NCBI GenBank assembly: GCA_045837725.1
Contig: JBEWZL010000053.1
Location: 1 to 64,000 of the forward strand
Reading direction: 5' to 3'
Length of the DNA: 64,000 nucleotides
Source: Vermamoeba vermiformis
Taxonomy: Eukaryota
The notes under the pieces are model-generated. The model did no database searches and was not told the DNA's origin. It saw nothing but the letters and a program-made list of their open reading frames with translations. Below are positions 51,170-64,000 of the stretch, piece by piece. Every line of letters starts with the position of its first letter. Position 1 is the stretch's first letter. The position numbers and the translations under genes were made by a program.

Positions 51170-53756
51170 TCCACTCACCATATCATCGAGATTCTTTATT
51201 CGTACTGCTGGATTTGGCCTGGTTGGAGGCTCTGAGGATTGCAGTGGATTTGGATCCCACCGCATCCAGCGTTTTAACCGGGCCTGTGCCGTTTAGCGCA
51301 TTATATCAATAAATATATTTTTAAGTATTTACTCATTCCAAAATATTATGTTTATTAATTTACAAGCGGTTCTCAGAGCCAGGCTGACTGGTGGATGCAG
51401 TGAAGTGATGACCGCACGAGGGACATTGCACGTGCACCGTGTTGTTAGCTGGGAACGAGACTCGTACACTGCGACTGTGACGTTGTGACGGGTCAGGCGA
51501 GTATAGCCCTGAAGACGTGCTGTGACCCGGATGCAGATCTCGTCGAACAATTGGCTCTATAAACAAACATTAGTAAAATATTTCAAAAACTCCGATAAGC
51601 CCAAAACATAAATTATTATTATTTAAATATTAAAATTGCTTGAATTTTCCGACAGCAAATTTAGATTTGGATGTGGATGCAGATCCAAATGGATTACTTA
51701 TAATAAGGGGTTATAATAATAGGTACCTATAATGATCTTCTGTTGTGTTTGGGATCTAGCGACATCAGCGATGAGTTTAGACAAATCGTTGATCGAGCCA
51801 ATGCGCGGTGGCGTGTGAATGTTGGGCGAAGGCGTGATGAACACGTGATTGTCGGGACTGGTCGGCGGAATATTCGTGTTGTTGATGGTGTTGGACAGCA
51901 AGGTCTTTTCTTCTTCCGCTTGTTTTTCTTTGTCTTCTTTGTCGCCTTCATCCTCCTCCTTTTCTTCCTTTTCGTCTTTTTTTTCTTCTTTCTCGTCTTC
52001 TTCGTCGTAGTCCTGGGACCAAAAATATCGATTAATAAATAATTGAATATAAGAGGTTGTCGCAAAAATTATAATTAGTATTAAACGAGTTATTTTGTGA
52101 CATTTTCAGGGCTGTCGATTGAAATAGCTTGCTTCCGTGAAAAAATAGTTTGACACCTGTCAATCACTGATCTCCGTGAAAGTCGTCAATTTGATCGTAC
52201 AATCGCTTGAATGTCACTTACAAGCGAGGCCGTACAAATCTGACAACAGTCAGACCGAAAAGTTTCAGCGCGTGTCAATTGACACCAATGACACGTGTCA
52301 AACAAAAATTAAAGAACGTGAGCGCCCTCTCGTACCTTTTCGTCTTTTTCATCGCGCTGCTGCACAATGCTCTCAAAGTCCACGTCCAGATAAGCCATGG
52401 CCGGGTCATTCGGATGCATTTTGAACCACTGCACTAAAAAGCCGTTGCCTATTGTGGCAATAGGAATGGCGAACAATGCGACTACAGAAATGAATTAGCA
52501 TTACCATGTTAGGAAAGTGCTTTGGGATCGTTACGCACTTGATGCAAATGCGGCGATCGATGACAACATTTTTCCAACAGGCGTGAAGGGATAACCTTCA
52601 AAGCCACCCATGCCTGACAACTGCAGCGTTGCAATCCATAATGTGCGGGGCATACTAAATAAGGAAATTATGAATAAAATTGATAAAATAGTTGCAAAGT
52701 TTAAGCGCCCTTTTGATGCATCAAAAAAATATACGAGTTTCTAATTAAAGTTCATCGAATTATATATGATATTTTCCTTATTAGGAAGTGCTGTCACGTG
52801 ATTTTTTGGTCTTACCTGCCAAAGGCGTCTTCGTCAACCGTTCGCTGCGTGATGTAAAGTAACGTGGCTTGCACGACCATCAACACTGCGTCTAAAAATA
52901 GCGCGGCACCCAAGACCTTTCTACTGTCCCAAATGACTTTTCCTATTATGGAAAATGTGTGCGAGTACTTCTCGGCTTTGAAAAGACGGAAAAATCTGAG
53001 CACTCGGAAGAGGAACACGTAACGGAGTTTTCGCTCGTAGTAAAATATCAATAGGTCCAAGTAGTATGGAACAATTGATACGAGATCGATGAGCGATATT
53101 GGAGAGAAGAAAAATCTGAAAATTTCATTAAATAAATAATAATAATAATTATTTTTTATATTTAGTCAAATTATTAATAGACTTACTTTAATCTCGTGCA
53201 ACAACAATTCCTCGATTTTTTTAAATTTTCTACGGAGCACCATAATCTAAAATAAGCAAGTTAGGAAATGTCAACTGAAAAGGCGGAGCTACATCCGAAA
53301 TTTACCTCAAAAGATACTCTACGGTGAATACTGATACTGTACATGTTTCTATAGTATCAAATATAAAGCTCGCTTTGGGATTGTCCGCGAGCGTTTGTTC
53401 CGTGCTTAAAATAAACGACAAAACGTTTATAAAGATCATGCTGCCGATCACCAACTCCAACGTGCGACTAAATATTTTTAATAATTTATATGAATATTTT
53501 AGAGTTATTTACCTCCAAGTAGAATAGCCAAACATCAATCGGTAAGTCTGGTACCGCAATCTGAAATATTCATAACAAATTAATTTTATAAGGTTAATTC
53601 AGAAAATTATAAGATTAAGAAATTATCGCTTCCGAAATAATAATATGATACTTACCTTCGATATAATGAATAAGCTGTTGGTCTACTTCTAAATCCAGAA
53701 GAATAGAAATGCGGATTTATTAACGGACTGTTTTCTTCATTTGCTTCTCCTTCCAT
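51170..53756 (-). CDS. 6-TM voltage-gated K+-channel-like ion transport protein with non-canonical selectivity filter (3' end approximate)
   Basis: S2 FTVEYLLRLW, S3 SPISLIDLVSIVPYY, S4 FRVLRFFRLFKAEKYS, pore FGSMPRTLWIATLQLSGMGGFEGYPFTPVGK, S6 FAIPIATIGNGF. Confidence 0.8.
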
Positions 53757-54065
53757 TTCGAATTTCATAACATGCTAACACTAATTATTCATTACTTAAG
53801 TGTATTGTTTCAATAGATACACTATTTAAGTAATAACCAAAAATTACCAAAAAAAACTTTTATTTATTCCATGGAATCACGTGATTATCGAAGACTTATC
53901 GGGTATAAGACAGGTATTTGTGCGCTTAAATATAATATTTACACTAGAATAAGAATGATCTGAAGCTTGACATCGTATCGTAGCTTCAAATTTATTGCCT
54001 TATTTTAATCGTTATTTTCTGGATTAAATTCCTCAAAATTGTTAAAATTCCTTAATTTCCTTCTA

Positions 54066-55580
54066 TTAGCCAAGAATTCTATTGTATTCTTGCGACTGAG
54101 GCACGAACGAGATTTTCTTCTGCAAATTTCCATTCTCGTCCAAATATAACAACACAACAGCACCTCTATTCGGAGTCATATAATTATAGCATGTAGGACT
54201 GAATAATTTGAGCAATTTTCCGTCAAAAATAAATTCTGCTCCGTCTTTGCCCAGGTAACTCGATTGAATGATCAGTTCCAACTTGTTCGTCTTCAAGAAC
54301 TAATAACAATAATAAAATTAATTAAAATAACCACGTAATATTCTCAAAAAAATAAATATCAAAAAGGATTTACCAAGGCCTGGATCTGGATCAATTTCAA
54401 AAAATGAGATCCAGTATTGAATTTAACTATCAAAGAGTTTCTTCCACTTACTTCGTGTACGACATTACTGCCAAATATAAATCCAGCTCCTCGTGGAGAC
54501 AGTTGAAATCCTTCAATGCCTTCTTCAGGCGTGGAATACATCAGTGCGGACATTGGTCCGTCGGCTGGAATGTCTTGTTTGCGATCAATGGCAAGGATAT
54601 CATCGATAGTATGGATGTCTAGTAATAATAAGCTATTAGCATCTAACTAACTGAATAACGGATCTAGCTTTTTTTTTGATGGAAATTTAGCGTACCTGGA
54701 GATAAGCCACCATGAAGGCAAAATGCCTTTTTATCGACAATCTGAATTAAATATTAGTTTTATTAAATAATTAAATTTATTATTGAATTAAATTGTGCGG
54801 ACTTACAGCGCATAAAGGCAAACAATCGAAGACGTCGCAAAAAGAATCAAATAGAGTCGGATGATGATGGTATTTCCCCATCAATTCATCATAAAATCCA
54901 TATATTTGCGTAATTTCACGTGATTCATGCGAGCCTCGTAATATTGTAATGCGATGAGGGTACCTAAAACCAAAATTAGATCTTGAGAAAAAAATTAGCT
55001 GAAATAGGTGATTGGTTAAAATGGTCGGTATTACTTACATGTCCTTCAAGGCAAATAAATATACTATTGATTCAATACTATGAAGGCCTCGGTCAACAAC
55101 ATCGCCCTGAACAAAAAAGATGAGAAACTTGAAACAGCACTACTGTCGATTTTAACAATAAATATATCAGTATAATGTTATATATAATATGTATAGAGTA
55201 TTAATCGTACCAGAAATAGATATTGATGGGCAGGTAAGTCTCCACCAATTTTGAAGATCTCGAGTAACTCGAAGAACTGACCGTGTATGTCCGAAACTAC
55301 TGTTACCGGTCCTTTAATATCAATGATGTTCGATTCAGCATCGAAAATCGCCTTTACCTGACGTAGATAATAATTAAATTTTTGATCGGTTATTATCCTT
55401 ATTAATTTCGATTTGAACGTTAAAATTAGATTCATTAGCATGAATAATTGCAACAAATATTTACGGCATATTATTTGCGTATTTGTGATTGCTTACCCGC
55501 GTTAGTAAGTTAATTAACTCCTCTGCATCCAGCAGCTCGCATTTCTCCAGCTTGGCAAGCAAGCTTCGTTCGCATTCCAT
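54066..55580 (-). CDS. PP2A/PP4/PP6-like PPP Ser/Thr phosphatase, probably catalytically impaired
   Basis: [40 protein letters not shown] is replaced by QSSY and SAPNY by SPTCY. Confidence 0.85.
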
Positions 55581-55748
55581 AATAAATTAATAATATTATG
55601 CTTCTGGAAATATTTACATAATTGTTGCTATTCTGTTGTTGTGTTTGTGATTTCAGATCTGAAAAAACGTCAAACAAGAAAGTACTGAGTTTAGTCTTAT
55701 CAATGATTTTCGTAATCATAATTTGAACATTCACTCTTTGAAAGTTTA

Positions 55749-57064
55749 TTAGATTATCATGACAAGTACAAGCATCAATAGCATCGAGTTTACAAAGATC
55801 GAGTTGCCGTTGGAGATCTGGCTACTGCTTGGGCTGTTGTAATTGTTTTTGGACGGACTGTTGCTCGCACTTGGACTGCTTGGGCTATCACTAGGATTGT
55901 TTATTGATGACGGACTGTTGCTCTCGCTTGGACTATTATTGTTATCGCTGGGTACTGCAACAGCTTGGCAGCCATTCGGACCGACGCCGTTACCAGTGTA
56001 GCCGTCGTTACACGTGCACGTGTATCCACCATCGTTGTTCAAGCATGTTGCAAATGAGCTGCATGGCGAGAGAGTGGCGCACTCATCGATGTCTATATAA
56101 AGAAAATTAGCATATGAGTGGACTCAAAGATCGGGATCCAGCTGTCGCGGAACTTACCAACACAAGTTCCGTTATTCTTCTCAAATCCTTCATCGCAAAC
56201 GCATTCGAACGATCCTGGAGTATTTGAACACGTGACATTGTAGCCCTGACAGGGAGACTCACTGCATTCGTCAATATCTAGAAGATCAGTTAGTACACAC
56301 GCAAAGTCACCAAAAATCTTTAAAGAGTTAAAAATCTTTTCATATATAAGCAGTTTTGGCTCGTTAAGTGATGCTATATATGATGCTGGTAGCTTACCAA
56401 CGCATTCAGTGCCGTTAAAACGAAAGCCTTGATTGCACGTGAGGTATTGCAGGTTGTCGATAAAGCACGGCACGTTCGGGGCAAAAAAATTGATGTATCC
56501 AATGGGTACAGTCGATGCATAGCCAATAGTCTTATAAGTGTTGACTCCGGGAAGAGTTGGCAAATCCTGGCACTCAATGGAGTGCGATTGTGGATCGTAG
56601 ATCTGGACCGAAGGGACCGGAGTGGCCCAAGCAGTTGCATAATTAACTCTTGCAACGAACGCAGTGATTGGTGGGATAAATTGGAGGGTGCATAGGCCAG
56701 CTGTTAAGCCCTGCATGAAGAATCCAGGCATTTCCGTTGCAGATCCGCTCCAGACCACGGTGCTATTCCAGCTCATAGACCTATAGCCTGCACTGCCATT
56801 TACAATAGCGCAATGAACGTATCCAGGCGTGCCTTGTTGAAACACAGCAATCGATTGGTTGCCTTGAGAAAGACTGAGGGGGCCAGAACTACCGTACCAA
56901 GTGCTTTGCAGTCCAAGGTCATCAAAGGTGATCATATTTGACGTAGGTAATGGTGCGTTAAGTGGTGTTGCCGCCGGATTGCCGCTCGGATAGCATTGTG
57001 ATCTGACAACAGATCCACTCACTAAAGCAAGAACGATAAATAACAGAACTGAATTATGGGACAT
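55749..57064 (-). CDS. Secreted/membrane protein with calcium-binding EGF repeats and Ser/Pro-rich stalk
   Basis: Signal peptide, DIDEC..PC...C.NT.GSF.C.C..GF repeats on separate exons, hydrophobic C-terminus. Confidence 0.85.
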
Positions 57065-57755
57065 TATTATTGTGTTGTTGTATGTATATAACAAAAACAG
57101 ATATTAAACTAACCTGGCACTTGGTTTTTATGCTTTTCGAAAGGACTTGACACGGTGGCGTTTTGACAGTTAATCAAACTTCGAAAGTTAAAAATCTTCT
57201 GTTATATAATCGCTACAATAGATCTATTGCTTACCCCTTATTCTGTGGATTTAGTTTTGGAAGGCTCCGCTGGTTTCAACCCCTTTCAAAACCGTACATT
57301 CCGTACGGAAAACTCGCTACAGGCGTGTAGCCGTTTTGGATGTACTAAAGTTACTAATGAGTCTGTTTCAATCATAAATCGAGGAGCACTAGTGCTATTA
57401 GATTATTACATAGTGGTCAAGCACAGCGGAAGTTATTCTATTTGTACGAAAATATTTTTCGACCAACTGCTTAATTATTAAAATTAGCTTTCAAAAATTG
57501 GATTTAACCTAATGAGCGAAAACGTACTGTACGGTTACATTTAAATCGGTCGATTAAAAAATTAAAAATAAATTTTGGTAATTTTAGTATTGAACGTTAT
57601 GCTTTAATAAAGGGTTATTATGCACATGTAGTGCGAAAATATAATAATATTACCTTCCATTATATTTCTTTCGGTTTTGTATAAAATCAAAGATACTTGG
57701 TGCACAGAAAGTCAAGCGGACAAACTATTTCCACATTTTTTCTGAAGAAACCAAA

Positions 57756-59528
57756 ATGGATACAATACCAAATGAAATATTTGCACTAATATGTTCATAT
57801 CTGCAACCTAGAGTGCTCGGGCTCTTGACAAGTTGCAGCAAGCGGATTGACCATCTCGTCAAATCAGACACCGTTCTAGCGTACCACAAAGAAGCACTGT
57901 ACAAAAAATGGTATTTTAGCCGCAAAATTGATAGTTTTAAGTCTACAGCTTCGATTTTCGAGAGGATCAAGTTGCGGATTAACTACCAAAATCGCTGGAA
58001 ATCGCAATCGCAGCCGTCTGGTTATTTACTACCAATAGGAGAAGATAAAATTACCACAATTAAATGCAAGAAAAATCGGTACGTCCCCTGCTGTATTTTA
58101 AAATTAATTTTTTAGATCAAAATCATTTTGGCGGCAACGTTGTAACGTGTCTGACATTATCATTTAAGCATTTAATAATTATCAATATTTATTTCTGTTG
58201 AAGGCTGCTCGTATTGTCAGTGTCCGAAGGCAAGGCAACAAAAATTTCGGTGTACGATCTGGAAACCTTAAAACTGTTGGCCACGACAGAAACCCAGTTG
58301 TTTCGTGGAAGTGCCGCTAAAATATGGTGGAAGGTACACAGAATAATATTATTTGGACAGTCAATTAATTTGCTTTTGAAGGGTAACGACTGGGTTTTGT
58401 TTTCGTATGGCTCCGCATTAGCCACGTGGAATATTTCTCAAAATTTCGTCGAAGAAGTTAAAATTGAATCGAGACTGAATTTTCCTATTAATTTTTCGGA
58501 CTTCGCGCACTTCGACGGCCATGAAACAGTTGTATACCATAATGGATCCTTCTCTATGGAAAGATCTGTAAGTAGTATGTTAATAATAGAAGTATAATAA
58601 CGTTATTATTAAGATCTACAATGTACGAACGAAAGAAACACGAGTGATTGACTGGATCGAGTGTCAATCCGTTTATATTTGGATCAATTTTGACATTAGA
58701 ACGATTATTTATCAAAAAGCCGATGCCAAATATTATATGGAGAAATACACAACCGATTGGAAACGAGTTGTAAGTAGTTTTTGTTTGACATTTGCAATGA
58801 CACGTGTCAACAAAATTAACTCTTATTAGAGCTCCACGCCGTTAGAAGTGTTAGACTGTTATGGCTCTATTGATTTTAAGATCACTCCCGATTACACTTT
58901 TCTTTTTTATTCTTCGCAGTCTGCACCCGCAAGAGTACGATCGGAACAAAAGTAGTTTTTTTTCAACGAGTTTTTTAACTTTTGTTTTATCGTTTAGGTC
59001 TTTTCTTCACGGACAGGAGCATTTATTTTGCGCATGCCTGTCAATGTCAACGCAGATCGAACGAAATTGAAGTATTCGAAGGACGGCATGCTGATCCACA
59101 AATATAAATCGAACAATTCTGTAGTTGGAGTGTATTCGCTGAAAAATAATAGACTGGAGCAAATTACATGGATCACACAGCCTTACAGCGAAAAAGCCGT
59201 TTTCAAAATGATCACAAAAGAGTTGGTAAGAGCAGAGATTATATTTTTGGATCCGACCTCGCGGCCCTGAAATGACTGTTAACGTTTTAAATAGGCGCTC
59301 ATTAAGTATGGCAAATCGATTGCGTTCAAAACAGCCACAACAAAGACCGACATTGTTAGCGGAGCGAAATTAACACCGCAGATCAGCAAGCTCGTAGCGA
59401 ATGAGTACGCGACATGGCGAGTCATGGATACTGCACTGTCTGAAACACAAATTATTTTGCACGTGCAATCACAAGCAAAGCAGAACACGATTATAGTGCT
59501 CGATTATTGTAATTCTGTCGTTCAATAA
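57756..59528 (+). CDS. F-box protein with beta-rich C-terminus
   Basis: MDTIPNEIFALICSYL.PRVLGLL.SCSKR N-terminal F-box, multiple downstream exons. Confidence 0.65.
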
Positions 59529-59759
59529 TGATAAAGTGCACTACGTTTTTTGTATTCATTCCCGATGCTGTTGGATTTGCGACTTGGGCTTAGTTGCACA
59601 AATTGCCGCAAGATCGTAAAAAGTCATATTTTGCTCTTAAAAAAATTGTTCGTCGGTTGAAATTCGTTCTGTGCTGATCCCAGTTTTTTCTTATTCGAGC
59701 CGCTACTTCACCACATTTGTCATATTAGTGCGGTGCACTAATAGTCCCAATAATTCGAT

Positions 59760-60697
59760 ATGACCGACCCAACGGATTACGTTTGGTACGCCTGCTACGG
59801 ATCCAACATTAACAAGCAACGGTTTATGCTTTACATCCTTGGAGGCCAAGACAATATCGAAGGCACATTGTTAGATGAGGATGGTGCACGAGACAAGTCT
59901 CATCCAATCGAAGAAAGGTAAGATCTAATTTTTTTAAAATTCGTTATCATTTTTTTATAAATTTGTATTTGCAGTTACAGCGCTTTATCTACTCATAAAA
60001 TGTTAAAAATAATTTTAAAAATATTATAGAGCAATAGATATTCCGTATTCGCTTTATTTTGCGAAACACTCATCCAGGTGGGGCGGAGGATGTGCCTTTT
60101 TGAATCCGCACGTTAAGCTAGACAAGACAGGTACTAATCATATTCGTAATTTACTAGTGTTAATTAATATTATGCAGATCCGAAGCATGCAGAGCAGTTT
60201 ACGCTCGGCAAAATGTATTTAGTCACGCGCCATCAATTTATCGACATTATGAACCAAGAAAATTGCACAAAATTTAACGAAAATGATATGAATAAGGCTA
60301 TTAATAGAGTCACAAAAGAATCTTCGCAGCAGTTAGTCATAAATCAGCAATCTTGGTACGGAAATTTAATGTTGCTCGGATACGCCGCGGGATCTGGCGA
60401 AAATGACTCTCAATATCCAATCTTGACATTCACATCACCTATATGCTTCACGCCTCTCAATAAGCCGAGCATGAGTTATATTAGAGCAATTTACAAAGGT
60501 AAATATTTCTCGATCTGATTTTTGGCGCGAACTTATTTTGGATCTGCTTTGTAGGAGTTGAAGATTTATACAAGGATTATACTATAGAAGACTATATTCG
60601 GTATTTTCATTCCAAGCAAGGAATTAAAGACCTCTACACTCGCGAACAAATCAAGAAAATGTTATTGACCGAATCCGCGACGAAAGGAAAGAATTAA
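59760..60697 (+). CDS. Gamma-glutamylcyclotransferase-fold (GGCT-like) protein of a bacterial-type family
   Basis: VWYACYGSNIN..RF..YILGG, GARD.S.P, LYFAK.SSRWGGGCAF, YLVT..QF.DI..QE, YP.LTFT, N.PS.SY...IY.G. Confidence 0.7.
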
Positions 60698-61160
60698 TAC
60701 ACGTAAATGCGAGTGCCTATACTATACCGTCAAAATTCGATGGAACGAGTTCTACAGATAATGTAGCCGCGGGTCTTCCTTATTTGGTAATTTCTGTTTG
60801 TTTACCTGCCCACAGTTACTACACTCAATCTCGAGTAATTAACTGTGCTGAACATTATTACGCAACAATTTACAATTAAGCGGTTAATTCTTGCGCTAAT
60901 AAAGATCGGAGCCAAATCCGACGTATTTTCCTTGCCTGTTGAAGCGTAGTTAGAGGTTTCACGGACCTCACTAAATTTATTATCTGATGCATAAAGTGTC
61001 GTGTATGATTGGGTTCTGACTCGCATTTCCGCGTTTGTGAAACATTCAGACCAAAAAAATTAGCCGGTAAATCATTTTGCGGGCTTGTTTCACTCAGTAC
61101 TCGCTCTATTACACCACTAAAGCCCTTTGTATATTCAGTTGCTTAATCCGAGCTGTAAAA

Positions 61161-63529
61161 ATGCGAAAAATTCTCGGATCTAAGCGTAACGCTTTCGATG
61201 AGCGAAGTCCGATGCCGACGAAGGTATTAGGATGTTTCTCCTATGAAATGGGATACGTAGTCATATTGGGCGTGGCATTTTGCACGTTGTTCTCGGCCTT
61301 CAACGCGACACAGGTAAGTTTACGTTACATCTAGATCCTTCAAGTAAATTAGCGCCCTTTCACTTAATATAGGCTTGAAATAGTTTTTGGAATATTGTTA
61401 TGAATATTAAACAGACAATTTACTTTTTTAACACTCAATGGTGCGAGATCCGGATTTGATATTTAATTTTTCGTTCATGAAAATATTTAACTGAACCAAA
61501 TTACACCAACTTAACCCAAATAATCGATCATAATACCCATCGCTTTAATGTGTTGCAATCATGCTAATTCTAATAATTTGATCTAACAGAGTTTGCAAGG
61601 CACGGTTAATGCCAAGTGGGGATTTTGGAGTTTAGGCTTATTATATATTGTATTTTCTATATCTAATGCCCTCGTACCTGAATTGGTCATTAAAATTGGC
61701 GAGAAGTAAGTCCCGAGCTTAATTTCCGGATCTTTCGGTTGATCCACATTTTATTGAAGCATCAACTTATTTTCTATTTGCGTAGGGCCTCTTTGTTAAT
61801 CGGAGGAGCTACATTTGTATTATTTATTGCGAGTAATATCAAGGTTTTGGTGCCTACACTCATGATTTCAGCCGCGATCTGCGGATTTGGTGGCGCTGTC
61901 TTATGGAGCGGTCAAGGAGTAAGTTTATCGCATAAGATTATAGACTTGTATCTTATATACATATTTTAGGCGTTTTTAGTCCGAATCTCAGCGAAAGAAA
62001 ACGTCGGAAAAAACAGTGGCATCGTAAGTCAGATCTAAATCAATTATTCAACGTGCAAATATTAATTTTATGCTTCAAATTTCTGTCTATGATAAATTTA
62101 AATAATATCACGAGAATTAATGGCTTAGTGATGAACTTCTTATCATCCTTATCTGCGTAGTATGAATAAGATTGATTTTAATATGATTCTAATTTGCCAA
62201 TTACAAATTCATAGTACTTCATATTATTAACTCATAGCAACATATTTAATAACGTATTTTACGTGGTTTTAGTTCTTCGCATTCCATCAGTCCAGTACGT
62301 GCTTGGGCAATCTCTTAGGCGCTGTTCTATTAAGCAGTGGAGGCGTTAGCAATGTCGTATTGTTCATTATATTCACTGTTATTGGCATATTTGGTGTTGC
62401 TGTATTCTTAGCGCTAAGGTAAGCACTTGGAAAATATTCTTTGCTTGGATCGAGATCGCTAACTTTCCAAATTTAGAAATCCGCCGCAGACCTCCGAAGA
62501 GATCGCACTGCGCGCTGAAAATGCTAAGCAGCCGTTGTCTTATCGATTGTTCAAGGCATTTACTATGTTCAAAGACAAACGATTTTTGATTTTGGTTCCG
62601 TTCATCATTTACAGCGGCATGAGGTACGAATAACGATATCGATTACCAAATAAGGAAATATTCATATTAATGTCTATATGTAGTCAAGGATATATCTACG
62701 GAACATTTGCTACGGAGCTTGGAAAGTTTTGGTTGGGTTGGGTCATGGCCTCTTTTGGCGCGTCAAATGCTCTTTGTACGTACTTCCGATTGACATTTTG
62801 ACACGTGTCATCGCTCATGCTCGGCACCGACGCCTTTCTCTAATACTTTTCCATATTAATAGGCTCGACTATGGTTGGCAAAATCCTCAGCAAGATCGGC
62901 TGCAAAGGCACCATTACTTTATCGACGGTGTGCTTCCTTATTTGCAGTATTACGATGGCTGCAACACCGACTGAAGTCTTGCAACAAAATTACGGTGTTT
63001 TGTTCATGTGCGCCATTTTCTTAGGTACGTACAAGTTATTCGGTGGAGCTGGGTCTCTCGAAATTTCAACATTTGTATACAATGAGGTTAAATCTTTAAT
63101 GTACTAATATGATTATGATTATCAGGTGCGGCAGATGCAGGCTATAATACGACAATTTACGCGATCTGGGGCGCGTACTGGCCAAAAACAATTGAAATGG
63201 CATTTGGAGGCTTTAGATTTATTCAAGGCTCAGCTATTGCACTATTTTTGGGCATAGGACCGGTAGTTAACTTGACGCAAGCCACAGTGCTTATCGTCGT
63301 GTTTATCTTCGCCGGATTGACTGCCGTCCTAATCTGCGATCGAATTATTCAGCCTATGGATATTAAGCCTGGTCAAGAGGATCATAACGAAGTTAATTTT
63401 ACTACGAGCACCCATACAGAAGTCGCTTCTGCTTTGGAGAATGGCGATCATTACACGAATGGAACGGATGTGGATGACATGAGATCCGTTCCTCTCGACG
63501 ACAACTCACCTGTTACTGGAGCAGCCTAA
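61161..63529 (+). CDS. UNC-93-like MFS membrane protein
   Basis: LGVAFCTLFSAFNATQSLQ, GFWSLGLLY, ICGFGGAVLWSGQG.F, FIIYSGMSQG, FGGFRFIQG. Confidence 0.9.
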
Positions 63530-63754
63530 TATCCTTGGCATCAGTATGTCAATTTCTACGAATGTAAATAGCCTATTTATTTGCGGAAACGTTTTGTGCG
63601 CCATCGCCAAATTGCACGAGAATTCATTTTATTGCAATTATTCTCCTAGAATTCTTTCAATCATCACGCAATATCACGCGGTATCGAAACGACAAATAGT
63701 GAATCGAATATCGCGAAAGTCTATTTTGAAGTTCATTTGGATCAAGGAACAACG

Positions 63755-64000
63755 ATGGCGACTAAAAGAAAGCACGAAGACGACTCAATTGCTGGACGAT
63801 TGACTAAACGTCTTAAGACTGATACTATCGAAGCTGAGCGTAAGTTATGCATTTACCAGATATTTATTCTGAGAAATTCTTATCGTTTTTTTATTTCAAT
63901 TACAGAAAAGCTTGATGAGGTCTGGAAGAACCTCAATGACCAACTCGGAGCTATCCAATACCCTGCTGTCACCGAGGAAGAGGTCGATCAATGGGAAATG
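63755..64000 (+). CDS. 5' part of a gene running off the window, possibly SMI1/KNR4-like
   Basis: MATKRKHEDD...|QKLDEVWKNL...YPAVTEEEVDQWE resembles the SMI1/KNR4 N-terminal P.atEEei..E motif. Confidence 0.4.
   Translation, partial: MATKRKHEDDSIAGRLTKRLKTDTIEAERKLCIYQIFILRNSYRFFISITEKLDEVWKNLNDQLGAIQYPAVTEEEVDQWEM

Noticed and set aside
51900-52010. Lys/Arg-rich ORF 51727-52065 and purine/pyrimidine-biased repeat
   Set aside because: Wrong frame: the stretch encodes the Asp/Glu-rich tail of the ion channel gene.

Overview
Intron-rich, gene-dense eukaryotic DNA. Introns are short GT-AG with CTAAC-like branch points, and the gene content is most consistent with an amoebozoan-type protist (inference). 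The main discovery is a 5.2-kb DNA transposon (2053-7279) with perfect 22-bp TIRs and an ATAT target duplication, nested in degenerate sequence. It encodes a Sola2-like DDD transposase fused to a C-terminal chromodomain. Divergently, it encodes a 7-intron protein with an N-terminal ParB/Srx-like domain and a C-terminal beta-class N4/N6 DNA-methyltransferase fold that lacks the catalytic motifs. A 21-bp palindrome AAAAACGCG-NNN-CGCGTTTTT occurs seven times in this element, only in non-coding positions (six introns and the shared promoter), suggesting a self-recognising parS-like or anti-silencing system. The second highlight is a tandem pair of deiodinase-like selenoprotein genes (GSLT-UGA-PPF), each with a conserved 3' SECIS hairpin. 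The rest is host genes: F-box proteins, an AlkB-like dioxygenase with duplicated RPA-binding-like motif, DPE2, a FUSC/ALMT-like transporter, ES1/GATD3, an aspartic protease, TBP, a TALE homeobox, a one-LRR-per-exon receptor kinase, a PH protein, SMARCD/BAF60, WDR41, a Kv-like channel with an atypical filter, a probable PPP pseudophosphatase, an EGF protein, a GGCT-like protein and an UNC-93-like MFS. Gene boundaries were inferred by eye from splice signals. A few frameshifts and one garbled stretch (about 37250-37490) may be assembly errors.
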